From contig OZ024745.1 in NCBI GenBank assembly GCA_964016885.1, positions 32,240,001 to 32,304,000 on the forward strand: a stretch of 64,000 nt of DNA. The letters run 5' to 3'. Below are positions 13,197-25,962 of the stretch, in pieces; position 1 is the stretch's first letter, and each line of letters begins with the position of its first letter. The DNA is from Eledone cirrhosa. Lineage: Eukaryota. The translations under genes were made by a program, and so were the position numbers. The notes under the pieces are model-generated. The model saw only the letters and a program-made list of their open reading frames with translations. It was not told the origin of the DNA and searched no databases.

Positions 13197-13947
13197 CTGC
13201 AGAAGAGCACAGAAATAGGAACTTCCACTTAATTGTTGCAAAACAAATTTGAAATTTAAAATTTAAATTTGTCCAGGTATCACAGCTATTGCCAATATAG
13301 GTTTGTTTTTATTGATTTATTATTTTAAATCAAGACAGGCAAACCGTATTATTTTAATTAGTATTTTTCAATCTAGCTAACTTGATCATTTGCAATGCGA
13401 ACACATGTATACTTGTATCAGTGTTTATCCCTATCATATATTCATTTGTATATATATATGTTGTGTGTGTGTATATATATATATCTATACTGTAAAGCAA
13501 AGCAGAACATATTTAAAAGAAAAAAGAATAAATAGCAACAGTTAAAAAGAAAACAATAAAACTCCACCATCTCTAATAAATAAAAGATATAAAAATGGAA
13601 ATGGCCTCCATTTTGTCACAGATTTATAAGTAATTCTAATTTTCTAAAGAGGTTGTAGATGTTTCTGGATTAATGCCAGAGTAGAGTATATTGATATAAT
13701 TTATTTTAAATAGAAATGACGAGTGCTCTTTCATTCAGTTGAAATTATCATACACAAACACATGCACACGTGTACATCATCATCATCATTGTTTAACATC
13801 TATTTTTCCATGCTTGCAAAGTACATATGTATATATATATATATAAATATATATGAAGTATTTCCGTAGGAAGGGTAAAGGAAAGGAGAGTGCTCTATGT
13901 ATGCTACAGAGCTATTTAATTATGTAATAAACAACATAAGACAATTA

Positions 13948-14020
13948 TTCCATTTACCAAAGGTTTCACGAAGACATACGAGCTCAACAGAGACGTCTGA
14001 AATCGCTCATCAGAATAAAA
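13948..14020 (-). ncRNA. Type I hammerhead ribozyme candidate
   Basis: ttttatt-CUGAUGA-gcga..agacgt..atgtct-tcgt-GAAA-cc-ttt-gg-UA-aatggaa. All three helices can form; cleavage triplet GUA. Confidence 0.65.
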
Positions 14021-14094
14021 ATTTAATATGGACGTAAGATATATATATATATATGTATATATATATATGTATATATATGTATGTATATATATGC

Positions 14095-14126
<32 letters not shown>

Positions 14127-14139
14127 GTATGTATGTATG

Positions 14140-15965
14140 TAACGAATGATCAGAAAAAGGAGGCCTGGAAATGTCATTATGAGAGACTGATGAATGTGGA
14201 GAACGAATAGGAGAGAGAGAAATTACCCTCAGTAGACCCAACAGAGGGACCAGTTATTGAGATTGACGAATATAGGGTCCAAGAGGTGATTAAGGAAATG
14301 AAAAATGGTAAGGCTGCTGGACCATTGGGGATAGTTGCTGAGATGCTGAAGGCATCAGGGGACGTAGGCACTAAACTGGTTGCACGCATCATCAATCAGG
14401 CTATATATGGTGGTGTCATACCCAAAGACTGGTGCAGCAGTATTCTCATAAATTGCTACAAAGGTAAAGGGGATGCTCTGGAGAAGAGCAATTATAGGGG
14501 TATAAAACTTATGGATCAGGTTATGAAAATGGCAGAAAGGATATTAGCACAACTAATTAGAGAAAGGGTCAAACTAGATGAGATGCAGTTTGGTTTTGTG
14601 CCTGGGAAGAGTATAAAAAAGATGCCCTCTTCTTGGTGAGACAATTACAAGATAGGTTCTTAGAGAAAAATAAGCTACTATACTTAGCTTTTGTTGACCT
14701 AGAGAAGGCCTTTGATAGGGTACCCCAATCTGTCATTTGGTGGTCCCTAAGGAAACTAGGTGTTGAGGAATGGCTTGTGAGGACAGTGCAAACTTTGTAC
14801 AGAGGTACTGTCAGTAAAGTCAGAGTAGGAATGGAGTTTAGTGAGGAATTCCAGATACAAGTAGGAGTACATCAAGGTTCGGTCCTCAGCCCGCTCTTGT
14901 TCATTATAGTCCTCCAAGCCATAACAGAGGAGTTTAAGACTGGCTGTCCATGGGAACTTCTCTATGCTGATGATCTGGTTCTTATAGCAGAATCAGTAGA
15001 GGAGCTAGAGAATAAATTCTGGCTATGGAAACAGCAGTTGGAAGCAAGAGGACTGAGAGTGAATCTAGCTAAGACAAAAGTGTTGATGAGTAGAAAAGAG
15101 GACAAAACTCTGATTCCGTCAGGGAAATGGCCATGTTCGATATGCAGAAAAGGAACTGGCATAAATTCGATAAAATACACACAAAGCAGATCCTGGGTAC
15201 ACAAGAGATGTAGCGGGATAGCAGGCAAACTAACAGGTAGGGAGAAATACGTATGCAGTAAATGTACAGGGAAATTAGACAGTAGAAGTCGCATTGATAG
15301 ACACATTTTTCAAATGCAGGCGGATGCTATAGAAGTCGTGGATAGCTTCCGGTACCTAAGAGATCAGATTAGCATGGGAGGAGGGTGTTCCGAGGCCATA
15401 GTATCTAGAATAAGGGCGGGCTGGAAGAAGTTTAGGGAGCTGTTTCCTCTGTTGACGAAGAAGGGTGTCTTTCTGCGTACGAAAGGCCGGTTATATGATG
15501 CCTGTGTGAGGAGCGTGATAGTGAGACATGGGCAGCAACTGCAGAGGATATGCGACGGCTGGAGAGAAATGAGGCAAGCATGCTCCATTGGATGTGCAAT
15601 GTCAGTGTGCGTGAACGACCCAGCATAAATGTGTTGAGAGAGAAACTGTGTCTGAGAGGGATAGAATGTAGAGTGCGAGAGAGGAGACTGCGGTGGTATG
15701 GACATGTGATGCTCATGGAGGATGACCGATAGGTGAAGAAGTGCCAGGAAATGCCAGTTGAAGGAAGACGTGGTAGAGGTAGACCACTAAAAACATGGGC
15801 GGAGGTGGTGAGAACAGACCTCAGATCGCTGAAGCTCACGGTGGTGATGACGAAGGACCGTGACAAGTGGAGAGATGCTTTGCTGAATAAGACCCGTCCC
15901 ACCCTTGCAAGCAGGGAAAAGCAGACGTAAAATGATGATGATGATGACGATTAGGATGATGATGA
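14140..15965 (+). mobile_element. 5'-truncated, decayed RTE LINE (family 2, short 3' UTR)
   Basis: ORFs 14286-14639, 14633-15628, 15550-15732 and 15733-15930 join into one RT with frameshifts and stops. Ends cccgtcccacccttgcaagcagggaaaagcagacgtaaa(atg)n. Confidence 0.93.
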
Positions 15966-16009
15966 TGTATATATATGTATGTATGTATATATATATATAT
16001 ATGTATATA

Positions 16010-16597
16010 ATAATAATAATATTGAAATTATTGTGTACAGTGCTCAGGTGCACTACAACTCATCAAAGGTGTCTGTATAGTACATAGAATAATGTACAAA
16101 TATTAGGAAAGTGAGTGAACTGTGTATGAGTCATGATATACATGTGTGCGTGTGTATGGAGGGGGATATCAGGTGAAGTGTTGGCGAATTTCAGGAAGCA
16201 TGGAGGTTTTAAAGGATGCAGTGTCTCAACAGCTAATAACTGATGCTGAGAGTTTGTTCCATGCTTCAGCAACTCTGAGTGTGAAAAAATGTTTCCAAAA
16301 GTCATGGGAGCTGTGCTGTTTTCTGACTTTGTTGGATGCCCACTTGTGTTAGACACATGGAAATCAAAAAGGTGCTCAGGGTTGTTGTTGGCAAGATGGT
16401 TAATGATTTTGTGGGTGTTTACTAAGTCAGTTGCCAGATGTTGGAGTTTCAATGTATCCATGCCCAGGGAAGCAAGGCGTTCAGACTATGGTAGATGCCT
16501 GATGGAGGGTATTCGCTTGGTTGCACGTCTCTGAACAGTTTCCAGGCAGTCAATGTTCTCAGCAAGATAGGGGTTCCAGACTGGTGATGCAAATTCT
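16010..16597 (-). mobile_element. CR1-group LINE 3' fragment
   Basis: EFASPVWNPYL..IDCLETVQRRATKRIP..ERL..L...HFFTLRV..AWN.L, followed by an (ATT)n tail. Confidence 0.85.
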
Positions 16598-16717
16598 GTA
16601 TGTATGTATATGTATGTATGTACATATATATATGTGTGTGTGTATATATATGTGTGTGTGTGTGTGTGTATATATATATGCATATGTGTATTTATATATA
16701 TATATGTATATGTGTAT

Positions 16718-16757
<40 letters not shown>

Positions 16758-17359
16758 GCAGGAAATCTAATAAAGATTTGCAAAAAGCACCAAATGTGTA
16801 TTTATTTATTATATATATACACATGTTATGTGTATAGTACACGATGAAAGAAATGTTCCAACCTCAAAAAAATAATTTTTGTACTTAAAACATCTTTTCA
16901 AAAGTTTTTCATGTCCAATTTATTAAGTTTACATTTGTAATGTCCAAAATTTGTATTGAAATCCTTAATCTTCTAACATATATATCAGGGAAAACATGAT
17001 AGATGATGGTTATTATATGTATATATATATATATGTGTATATATATATATAATCATCATTTAACATCTGTTTTCCCTGATATATCATCAACATCATCATT
17101 GTTTAATGTCCATGAGTTAGACGAGCTGTCTCATTGTGAGACAAACCAAGTCGGATGACCATGTTTTGCTCACACAGAACTGATACATACATACATAATT
17201 ACATACATACATACATGCATATAAGCATACATGCGCACACACATTCATACAGGCAGCAGCGGCAGGGAACAGAAATGAGTGACTGAGGGGTATGTATCCG
17301 TGTACTGTGTCTCTGTGTTTATAAATATACATATATATGTAAGTATTGAATGGGGTCTC

Positions 17360-17770
17360 TGTCAAATGATTTCTCCAGGTCAACAGTTACCAAATAGAGG
17401 GGATTACTTTTAGCTAGGTACTTCTCCTGAAGTTGCCTCACAATGAAGAGGGATTCAGTGGGAATTTTACCTGGCATAAATCTAAACTCCATCTCATCTA
17501 GGTTAACTCAGTCCTTAATCATCTGTGCTATAACTCTTTCTGTGACCTTCATTACCTTCATGACCTGGTCCATCAAGTTGATGCCTCTATAGCTTCTTCA
17601 GTCTAGTGCATCTCTTTTGCCCTTGTAGCGGTTGATGATGATGCTGCTACACCAGTCATTGGATAATACACCATTCTATATTACTTGGTTTACAATATGA
17701 GTAGTTAATGTGTGACCCACCATTCATGATGCTTTCAGCATCTTGGCAACTATCCCTGATGGACATTAGG
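17360..17770 (-). mobile_element. Degraded RTE RT fragment
   Basis: Reverse complement matches IVAKMLKAS, DW..SIIINRYKGKRDAL, YRGINLMDQVMK and LQEKYLAK. Confidence 0.8.
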
Positions 17771-18682
17771 AAGCCAATCCACCACCATCACCAAACAAAA
17801 TTTTCCATCATTTTAAATGCATGAGTTCCATGTTTCTAGCTTTAATCACTAGAGCATCTGTATAATGCATAAATAAAGGACAAAATTGACAAAAGAAAAC
17901 TCCCTAAAAATAATAAATGTATCAGATAAGATGACAGCATAATATTTCTCTGTTATATAACCGAACAACATATTCCTAATTTGCCATTCAAAATTTAAGT
18001 CTTGCTATGAATAAGTTAAATTTTCATATATTCAGAATTCCTACAATGAACACAAGTAAATATGCTGGTGGAACTGATGAAAAAAAAGTAGACAAAACCT
18101 GACCATATTAATGTGTTTCTTACATAGACATGAAGCTGTAGGAATTTCAATGAAGGGAAATGGGATATTAAGAATAGTCATGACCTTCTAAAATATGTTA
18201 ATAATGTTCAAATGAAAGGAAGTCATTCTGACAAAGAATCAAAGCCATTTCATTGAATTTGTCTGCCAAAAACTCAATACAACTTTATAAAGCTCACCTA
18301 TAGATACAATAAATATTTCTTGCATATATATAGTTAAAGTAGCATAAAAGAGGAAGTGGATTCCTTAGCAATCTAAATGTGAAATTTTGTTTCAATTCCT
18401 GAGTATAGTATCAAACTTCACTTGTATTTCACAGAAGAGAAAAAGATTACATGACCTTCATATAAGTTAATTTGATAGACTGGATTAGTATTTGCCCCAG
18501 AGAGAGAACCTTATAAAAAAATATAGCATAGAAGTGGTATACATAACATATAGATATTTAACGTTTAGACTCTCTTCCTGCTATTTCAAGCGTTAAACTA
18601 ATATATTTCTTCCATGTACTGTGACATTTATTTTATTTCTGTTTACCTTTTTCATATATATGTGTGTGTGTGTGTGTGTGTG

Positions 18683-18868
18683 TCATCATCGTCGTTTAAC
18701 GTCCCTGTTCCACGCTTGCATGGGTTTGGACGGGGGTTTTCCCACTTGAGGCAAGAGTGGTTGTCTTGCTCGCATAGGACTGTCTGGCGGGTTTTCTACA
18801 GCTGGATGCCCTTCCTAACACCAACCACATTTACAGTGTGGGGCTGGGAGGTTTTTACCGTGTTGCCT
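18683..18868 (-). mobile_element. RTE family-1 3'-UTR fragment
   Basis: Near-identical to the reverse complement of 10565-10745. Confidence 0.9.
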
Positions 18869-20158
18869 GTGTATTTATATATATATATAAATATTTATAT
18901 AATATATAATACACATATATATACATATAGACATATATGTATATACATATGTATATATACATATGTATGTATGTCAGGTCGCTCTCGAGTGCTACTGGTA
19001 ACATGTAACCCAGTACAACCTGTCTCATGGCCGGGTTGTCGGCGACTAAACCATCAACCCCACCAATGTTATTTGGTGAGGAGGATGATATTTGGACACC
19101 CTGCGGGATGAAATACAAGACCCAGGAAAGGACAGAGAAACTCAACAGAGTCAATGGTTATCCAAATAGTACTTTTTAAAGTTTTCATTCACCATGTGTT
19201 TCAATTTACTCTTAGGTACTCAACTAAACAACATATAACTAATTAATTTTACAAGCTAACAACTGTTGGAAGTTTGCATCATGAATTTCAATCTTCCATT
19301 AGAGTTATATTGTAGCAGATGGTAAATGAAGTGGTATAGCTTGAAGCTCAGAATGAATTAATTGTAGAACTACATATGTAATTGTAGCAAAGGTTGTGTG
19401 AATTATATAGACATATTAACAATCCCATCGGAAGTATTAACTAGCACAGCATTAAAAGAGTCACATACTAAGTAAATGAATTAAATATACAAATCATTAT
19501 GATCATCATTAGCATCATCCTAAGAGCAGCTACAGAAACTGTCTCCTGAGTTATAAAAATTACAAGCCAATAAATAACATTGATAATTACTAGGATAAAG
19601 ATTACAGTTTGCCATGGAGGGCGAGCCTTATAAACAAATACATCATAGAAGTGGTACACATAACACACACACACACACATATATATGTATAGCATATTTA
19701 GCAATATACCGTATGTTTAATTAAAAACATTTAGAAGACCGTACGCTATCGGTTTTAAAGAAGTGACTATGTCACTTCTGTTTTTGCTGGACCGGCAATC
19801 GCTCTGTATAATAGAGGATTGATAGAATAAGATAAATCGATATGTTGACTAATAGACTACCTAGTGTCAATATCCGAGATCCATCTCACTGTCTTGTGAG
19901 ATGGATCTATTAGTCAATACAGTGATTTATCATAATTACTCAACCCTCTGAAACGATCGTTAAAAAATGAACTAATTAAGAACCTATCTTCACCTTTCTG
20001 CAAATTAATGCGACATACCATAAAAGCAGGCCTTCAACACCTAATTATAATTTATACTTTATATACCTCTATACTTCAACATGTCAATTATATGTAAAAC
20101 ATGTGCTTTTATGGCACACCGTATGTAGGTAGCTGAAAGCAACTATTCAGTCACTTAC

Positions 20159-20203
20159 CTTCTCTTGCTCCAGGTTACAGCCCGGCAAGTGATTGTATAA
20201 AAC
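20159..20203 (-). other. Candidate 45-nt exon (VLYNHLPGCNLEQEK or FYTITCRAVTWSKR)
   Basis: Minus strand reads ttccttcttttgcag|GTTTTATAC...GAGAAG|gtaagt. Two frames are open and the length is a multiple of 3. Confidence 0.6.
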
Positions 20204-20219
20204 CTGCAAAAGAAGGAAT

Positions 20220-20466
20220 AATAATAATAATGATTTCTTATATAAGCACAAGGCCAGCAATTTTTGGGGAGGGGAAAGTCGATTAAATCGACCCCAGTGC
20301 GTGACTGGTACTTTATTTTATCGACCCCGTAAGGGCAAAGTTAACCTCGTATTGACCCGGTAAGGCAAAGTTAACCTCGACGGGATTTGAACTCAGATCA
20401 TAAAGGGCCGTAACTCTAGGCTGCAAAGCATGGTGTCCGACCCTCTACCAATACTGACAATCCACA
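20220..20466 (-). mobile_element. tRNA-derived SINE with internal duplication
   Basis: Reverse complement of the SINE consensus; the gaccc.gtaag.gcaaagttaacctcg segment is duplicated. Confidence 0.85.
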
Positions 20467-20584
20467 ATAATGATAATAGTAATAATAATTTCTAATCTAA
20501 GCCCAAAGCCAATAATTTTGGGGGAAGGGAAAAGTCGATTAAACCAACCCCAGAGCATTATCAACCCCATAAGGATAGAAGAGG

Positions 20585-20950
20585 ATGACCTCACCTTTGT
20601 TTCAAAGATGTCTGCAAAATAGATATGAAGTAACTAGATCTGGGTATGCAGAGATACAAAGAGGCTGCTAATGATTGCCCTGTCTGAAGACAAGTATTAC
20701 ACAAGGGGATGGAGTGAAGGGAAAAGAAACTGAAACTTGCCCCCAAAGATAAGTGCACTTGAAGAAAGGACAATGCAGTAGCACCAAAGGAAAGCATCTT
20801 CAAATGCAATCACTGCATACAAGACTACCACTCCTATGTGGGCCTATACAGCCACAATAGATGCTGCATTACTGTCAGCAGCAGACACAAAATTCTCTGG
20901 GTGCAGATCCATGGACTTTCAAGACCATAGGATGCCAATAATAATAATAA
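20585..20950 (+). mobile_element. BovB-like RTE 3' fragment with terminal C2H2-type finger
   Basis: LCFKDVCK.DMK and FKCNHC.QD.HS.VGLYSHNRC, ending ggatgcc(aat)n. Confidence 0.7.
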
Positions 20951-21029
20951 GGATGAAAAGCAAACTAATGTCATTTTCATCTGTTTACTTCTAAATATTG
21001 TTGTTAACTTGTAGAAGCATGTATTTGTC

Positions 21030-22865
21030 TATCTAGCTACATATAACATTATATAATGTCTATCTAGTTATATATAACAGTATATAATGTCTATCTAGGT
21101 ATATATAACATTACATAATGTCTATCTAGTTATATATAACATTACATAATGTCTATCTAGTTATATATAACAGTATATAATGTCTATCTAGTTATATATA
21201 ACAGTATATAATGTCTATCTAGTTATATATAACAGTATATAATGTTATCTAGCTATATATAACATTATATAATGTCTATCTGGCTATATATAACATTATA
21301 TAATCTCTATCTGGCTATATATAACATTACATAATGTCTATCTAGTTATATATAACATTACATAATGTCTATCTAGTTATATATAACAGTATATAATGTT
21401 ATCTAGCTATATATAACATTATATAATGCATATCTAGCTATATATAACATTATATAATCTCTATCTGGCTATATATAACATTACATAATGTCTATCTAGT
21501 TATATATAACATTACATAATGTCTATCTAGTTATATATAACAGTATATAATGTCTATCTAGTTATATATAACAGTATATAATGTCTATCTAGTTATATAT
21601 AACAGTATATAATGTTATCTAGCTATATATAACATTATATAATGTCTATCTAGTTGTATATAACATTATATAATGTCTATCTAGTTGTATATAACATTAT
21701 ATAATGTTTATCTAGTTATATATAACATTATATAATGTCTATCTAGCTATATATAACAGTATATATGCCTATCTAGTTATATATAACAGTATATAATGTC
21801 TATCTAGTTATATATAACAGTATATAATGTCTATCTAGTTGTATATACCATTATATAATGTCTATCTAGTTATATATAACAGTATATAATGTCTATCTAG
21901 CTATATATAACATTATATAATGTCTATCTAGCTATATATAACATTATATAATGTATGTCTAGCTATATATAACAGTATATAATGTCTATCTAGTTATATA
22001 TAACAGTATATAATGTCTATCTAGTTATATATAACAGTATATAATGTCTATCTAGTTATATATAACAGTATATAATGTCTATCTAGCTATATATAACATT
22101 ATATAATGTCTATCTAGTTATATATAACAGTATATAATGTCTATCTAATTGTATATACCATTATATAATGTCTGTCTAGTTATATTTAACAGTATATAAT
22201 GTCTATCTAGCTATATATAACATTATATAATGTCTATCTAGTTATATATAACAGTATACAATGTCTATCTAGTTATATATAACAGTATACAATGTCTATC
22301 TAGTTATATATAACATTATATAATTGTTTCTACATTTGGCACTAGGCCAGCAATAAACCAGTGCATTACTGGTACTTTATTTTATTGACCCCGTAAGGAT
22401 GAAAGGCAAAGTTAACCTCGGCGGGATTTGAACTCAGATCGTAAAGGGATGTAACTAAGATGGAAAGCATATCCGACCCTCAACCGATACTGGCAATTCA
22501 CCATCTATCAGTTATATCTAACATTATATAATGTCTATCTAGTTATATATAACACTATATAATATCTATCTATATACAACATTATATAATGTCTGTCTAT
22601 ATATAACAGTATATAATGTCTATCTAGTTATATATGACAGTAAATAATGTCTATCTAGTTATATATAACACTATATAATATCTATCTATATACAACATTA
22701 TATAATGTCTGTCTATATATAACAGTATATAATGTCTATCTAGTTATATATGACAGTAAATAATGTCTATCTAGTTATATATAACAGTATATAATGTCTA
22801 TATAGTTATATATAACAGTATATAATGTCTATATAGTTATATATAACATTATATAATGTCCGACT
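21030..22865 (+). repeat. 31-bp minisatellite (tatataatgtctatctagttatatataacag), ~50 copies, interrupted by a SINE
   Basis: 31-nt period seen directly (cag at 21541 and 21572). Confidence 0.95.
22321..22505 (-). mobile_element. tRNA-derived SINE inserted in the minisatellite
   Basis: Reverse complement of the SINE consensus. Confidence 0.85.
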
Positions 22866-23633
22866 AGCTTTATTTAACAATTATCTATAAACATTTTTTC
22901 ACTTTCTAAAAAGTAGAAATGTTATCCTTTCAATTGTTATATTAATCTGGTTGACAAATGAAACAACGAAAGTAAAACTTCAAAGTCACTGCCACCTTTT
23001 TACTCAGAAAATAGAAAATACAATTAACACTCTAGGGACATTGTTTTAACTTTGTCCTAAATAGGAAGCTAATCATTGCTATGATAGACACCACATCTTG
23101 AGGTCCACTATCCCATTATTTTATTCGTTTTCTTTCATCTTTCTATCTGTGCTGTATGTTTTATCACACACACATGATATCAGCAGAAGGATTTGTCTTT
23201 CTGTTGCATGATCCAGCATTTTAAAATGGTACTCTCAATTAAAACATGCGAAACCATTTTGCTGGTTTGAGAGCTGATGAGGGTAAAGATGAATGTGTAT
23301 AAACTTGTCTTGTACATTGCCTTTCTTTATTTCCTTCTTCCAGTCACTTCTATGCACCAACACACTTCTCCTTGTCCTACTCCTCTTTCAATTATTTCTA
23401 TATTTCATCTGCTTGTCACCCACCTTGTGGATTGTCTCTCTGTTGGCCACTAGACTCTGTCTTCTGAAGTGCCCATCGCTATCTTTGACAGCATTTAGCT
23501 GTTTTAACGGCTGTTCTAGTGATGAATTTTCTCATTTTTATATGTATTCAGTATTTACTCTTATTGAGTGCTCATTCAGTTAATATTTGAAAGTACAACG
23601 ATATTTTAAGCTCATATTCTAATATATACATTA

Positions 23634-23972
23634 TCATCATCATTTCATTTTATGTCCGCTTTTTCCCTGCTTGCAAGGGTGGGACGGGAACTGATTCTGG
23701 CTTGATTTCTACAGCTGGATGCCCTTCCTAACTCCAACCTCATTTATAGTGAGCGCTGGGTGCATTTTTGCTGTGGCACCTCCACGACCACTTTGCAGTG
23801 GAATGATATGGACCCCCAGTCCCTATCATCTCATTTCTACAGCTGAGTAAACTGGAGCAATGTGAAATAAAGTGTCTTACTCAAGAAAACAACACATCAC
23901 CCGGTCTGAGAATTGAACTCACAATTTTTCGATTGCAAGGCCAATGCTCTAACCACTAAGCCATGTGCCTCC
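23634..23972 (-). mobile_element. Full-length composite SINE: tRNA head, CORE-like and Meta-like domains, RTE family-2 tail
   Basis: Minus strand has ggaggcacatggcttagtgg (A box), gagttcaattc (B box), cttgagtaagacacttt, ggaagggcatcc, and a tail matching 15893-15935. Confidence 0.8.
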
Positions 23973-24732
23973 ATATACATATATATATATATGTATGTGA
24001 AAAGTTAATATATATGTATGTGAAAAGTTAATGGAAAAAACACAACAGATGATGAAGTTCAATGAAGATATATATCAGTTACATGCTTAATATAGTAGTA
24101 AACGTCTTAATGTCTCAGATGTTAGTCCTTCATCAGAAAATAGAATGAGAAATTAAATGAATAAGACAATCGAATTCCAAAGTCATAAATAATACATTCA
24201 TAAAAACAAAGCCAATCATGAACTAAATGTCTATATTAGAACTAAGGCATCCACCATAATCCCTCCCTCAGACATCATCCACATTCCCAACACTTAACCT
24301 GATCTAAATATGAGTATGAGGGAGATGGACTTATCCAAGCTGCAGCTGTCAAATTACACAGTTTCTGTATAAGAATAGACATTAAACAATATATATAGAG
24401 ATATATTAGTATAGTTAATATGAAGCATTGTGAGATTGGTTTATTATTTTTATATATATATATAAAAATGGAAAAAATGAAACGAAATTTCATTTCTCAC
24501 TCTTAGTACGGCTGTTACTTAAATATAAGTATGTATATGTACATACATATATGTATACAGACGTACAGTAGTATGTATATATATACATACATGCACACAT
24601 ATATATATGTACGTATGGGTTTACCGAACATTTATTATAATGTTCAGTTTGTTTGTAAACAAACATCCCGAATTAAGCCGTACAGTGTTTAGCAACCATC
24701 ATTGCCCTTTTGTTCAACACTGACAAAGGAAT

Positions 24733-24771
24733 GATGAACTAGTTTCAAGCTTATCAGCTATCGTCAGCATC
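24733..24771 (-). ncRNA. Minimal type I hammerhead candidate
   Basis: gatg-CUGACGA-tagc-tgataa-gctt-GAAA-CUAG-UU-catc, with a palindromic stem III loop. Confidence 0.6.
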
Positions 24772-24845
24772 GTATACCTTCCTGTCAGATGATTGAACGT
24801 TTGAAAGTATATACTTTCCTTATGCATATTAACGGCTTATATACT

Positions 24846-24890
<45 letters not shown>

Positions 24891-24898
24891 ATATACAG

Positions 24899-24938
<40 letters not shown>

Positions 24939-25550
24939 TGGCAATATAATAATATAAATAGATAGATAGATAGATACATTTGTATAGATAGTTATATGGA
25001 TGGATATTAATAAAATTATTTCATGCATGTGTACACATGCAAATATGTATATCATGTCCTTGTGGCTGATGTATTTCAATTCATATGTTCATCAGATTTC
25101 CCTATTGACAAATTTAATACAAGTTTAATCTTGTATTTTCAATACATATTTCTTTGATTCTGTAAGTAATAAAATAAAATAAATATATAAAAAGCACCAG
25201 CATGGGTATGCATATATATATATATAAATATATATAGCCGTCAAAACAGCTTGAGCTCTGCCGTCGGGGTCATACCTTTTCCTCTATTTATATATATATA
25301 TATATATGTTGTAAGCGATATATAGTGATATATTTATACAGCTCTGATTATTTGACCCTCTACACAATGACGTGGGCCACTTTAGAGCTTATATAGGGAT
25401 CAACCACTAAACATAGAAATGTATCATTATTTATCAGGGGAAATAAAAGGAAATTGATAATCTTATTTCTTCATGTGTTTCAGAAATGAAGCTAACAAAA
25501 TATACTGCCAACACATATAAACACACACACGTGTGTGTGTGTGTGTGTGC

Positions 25551-25639
<89 letters not shown>

Positions 25640-25816
25640 GATAGATAGATAGATAGATAAATATACACGAGTGTGTATGATTGTGTTTAGAAGATTATAT
25701 TAATAAAAGGAATTCCAACTTTGTCTGATTTACTCGTTTTATTTACAATCCTTTAAAATGTATAATGGTATTAGAATGAAATAGTATGATAGAATATTAA
25801 ATGTTAAGTGTTAATT

Positions 25817-25853
25817 GAACAAGTACTTTCATGCTTTCGCAATCTTCAGGTTC
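25817..25853 (-). ncRNA. Hammerhead-like motif lacking stem II
   Basis: gaac-CUGAAGA-ttgc-GAA-agcat-gaaa-gtacU-U-gttc. Confidence 0.45.
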
Positions 25854-25920
25854 ATAATGTGTGGTGACAGTCAAGTTTGCAATTTTCAACTGTCATATAT
25901 ATATATAAATGAAAATATAG

Positions 25921-25956
<36 letters not shown>

Positions 25957-25962
<6 letters not shown>

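Noticed and set aside
18990-19045. Twister ribozyme (cctgtctcatggccggg resembles a P4/L4 loop)
   Set aside because: Lacks the UAA cleavage loop and the matching GAG/T1 strand.
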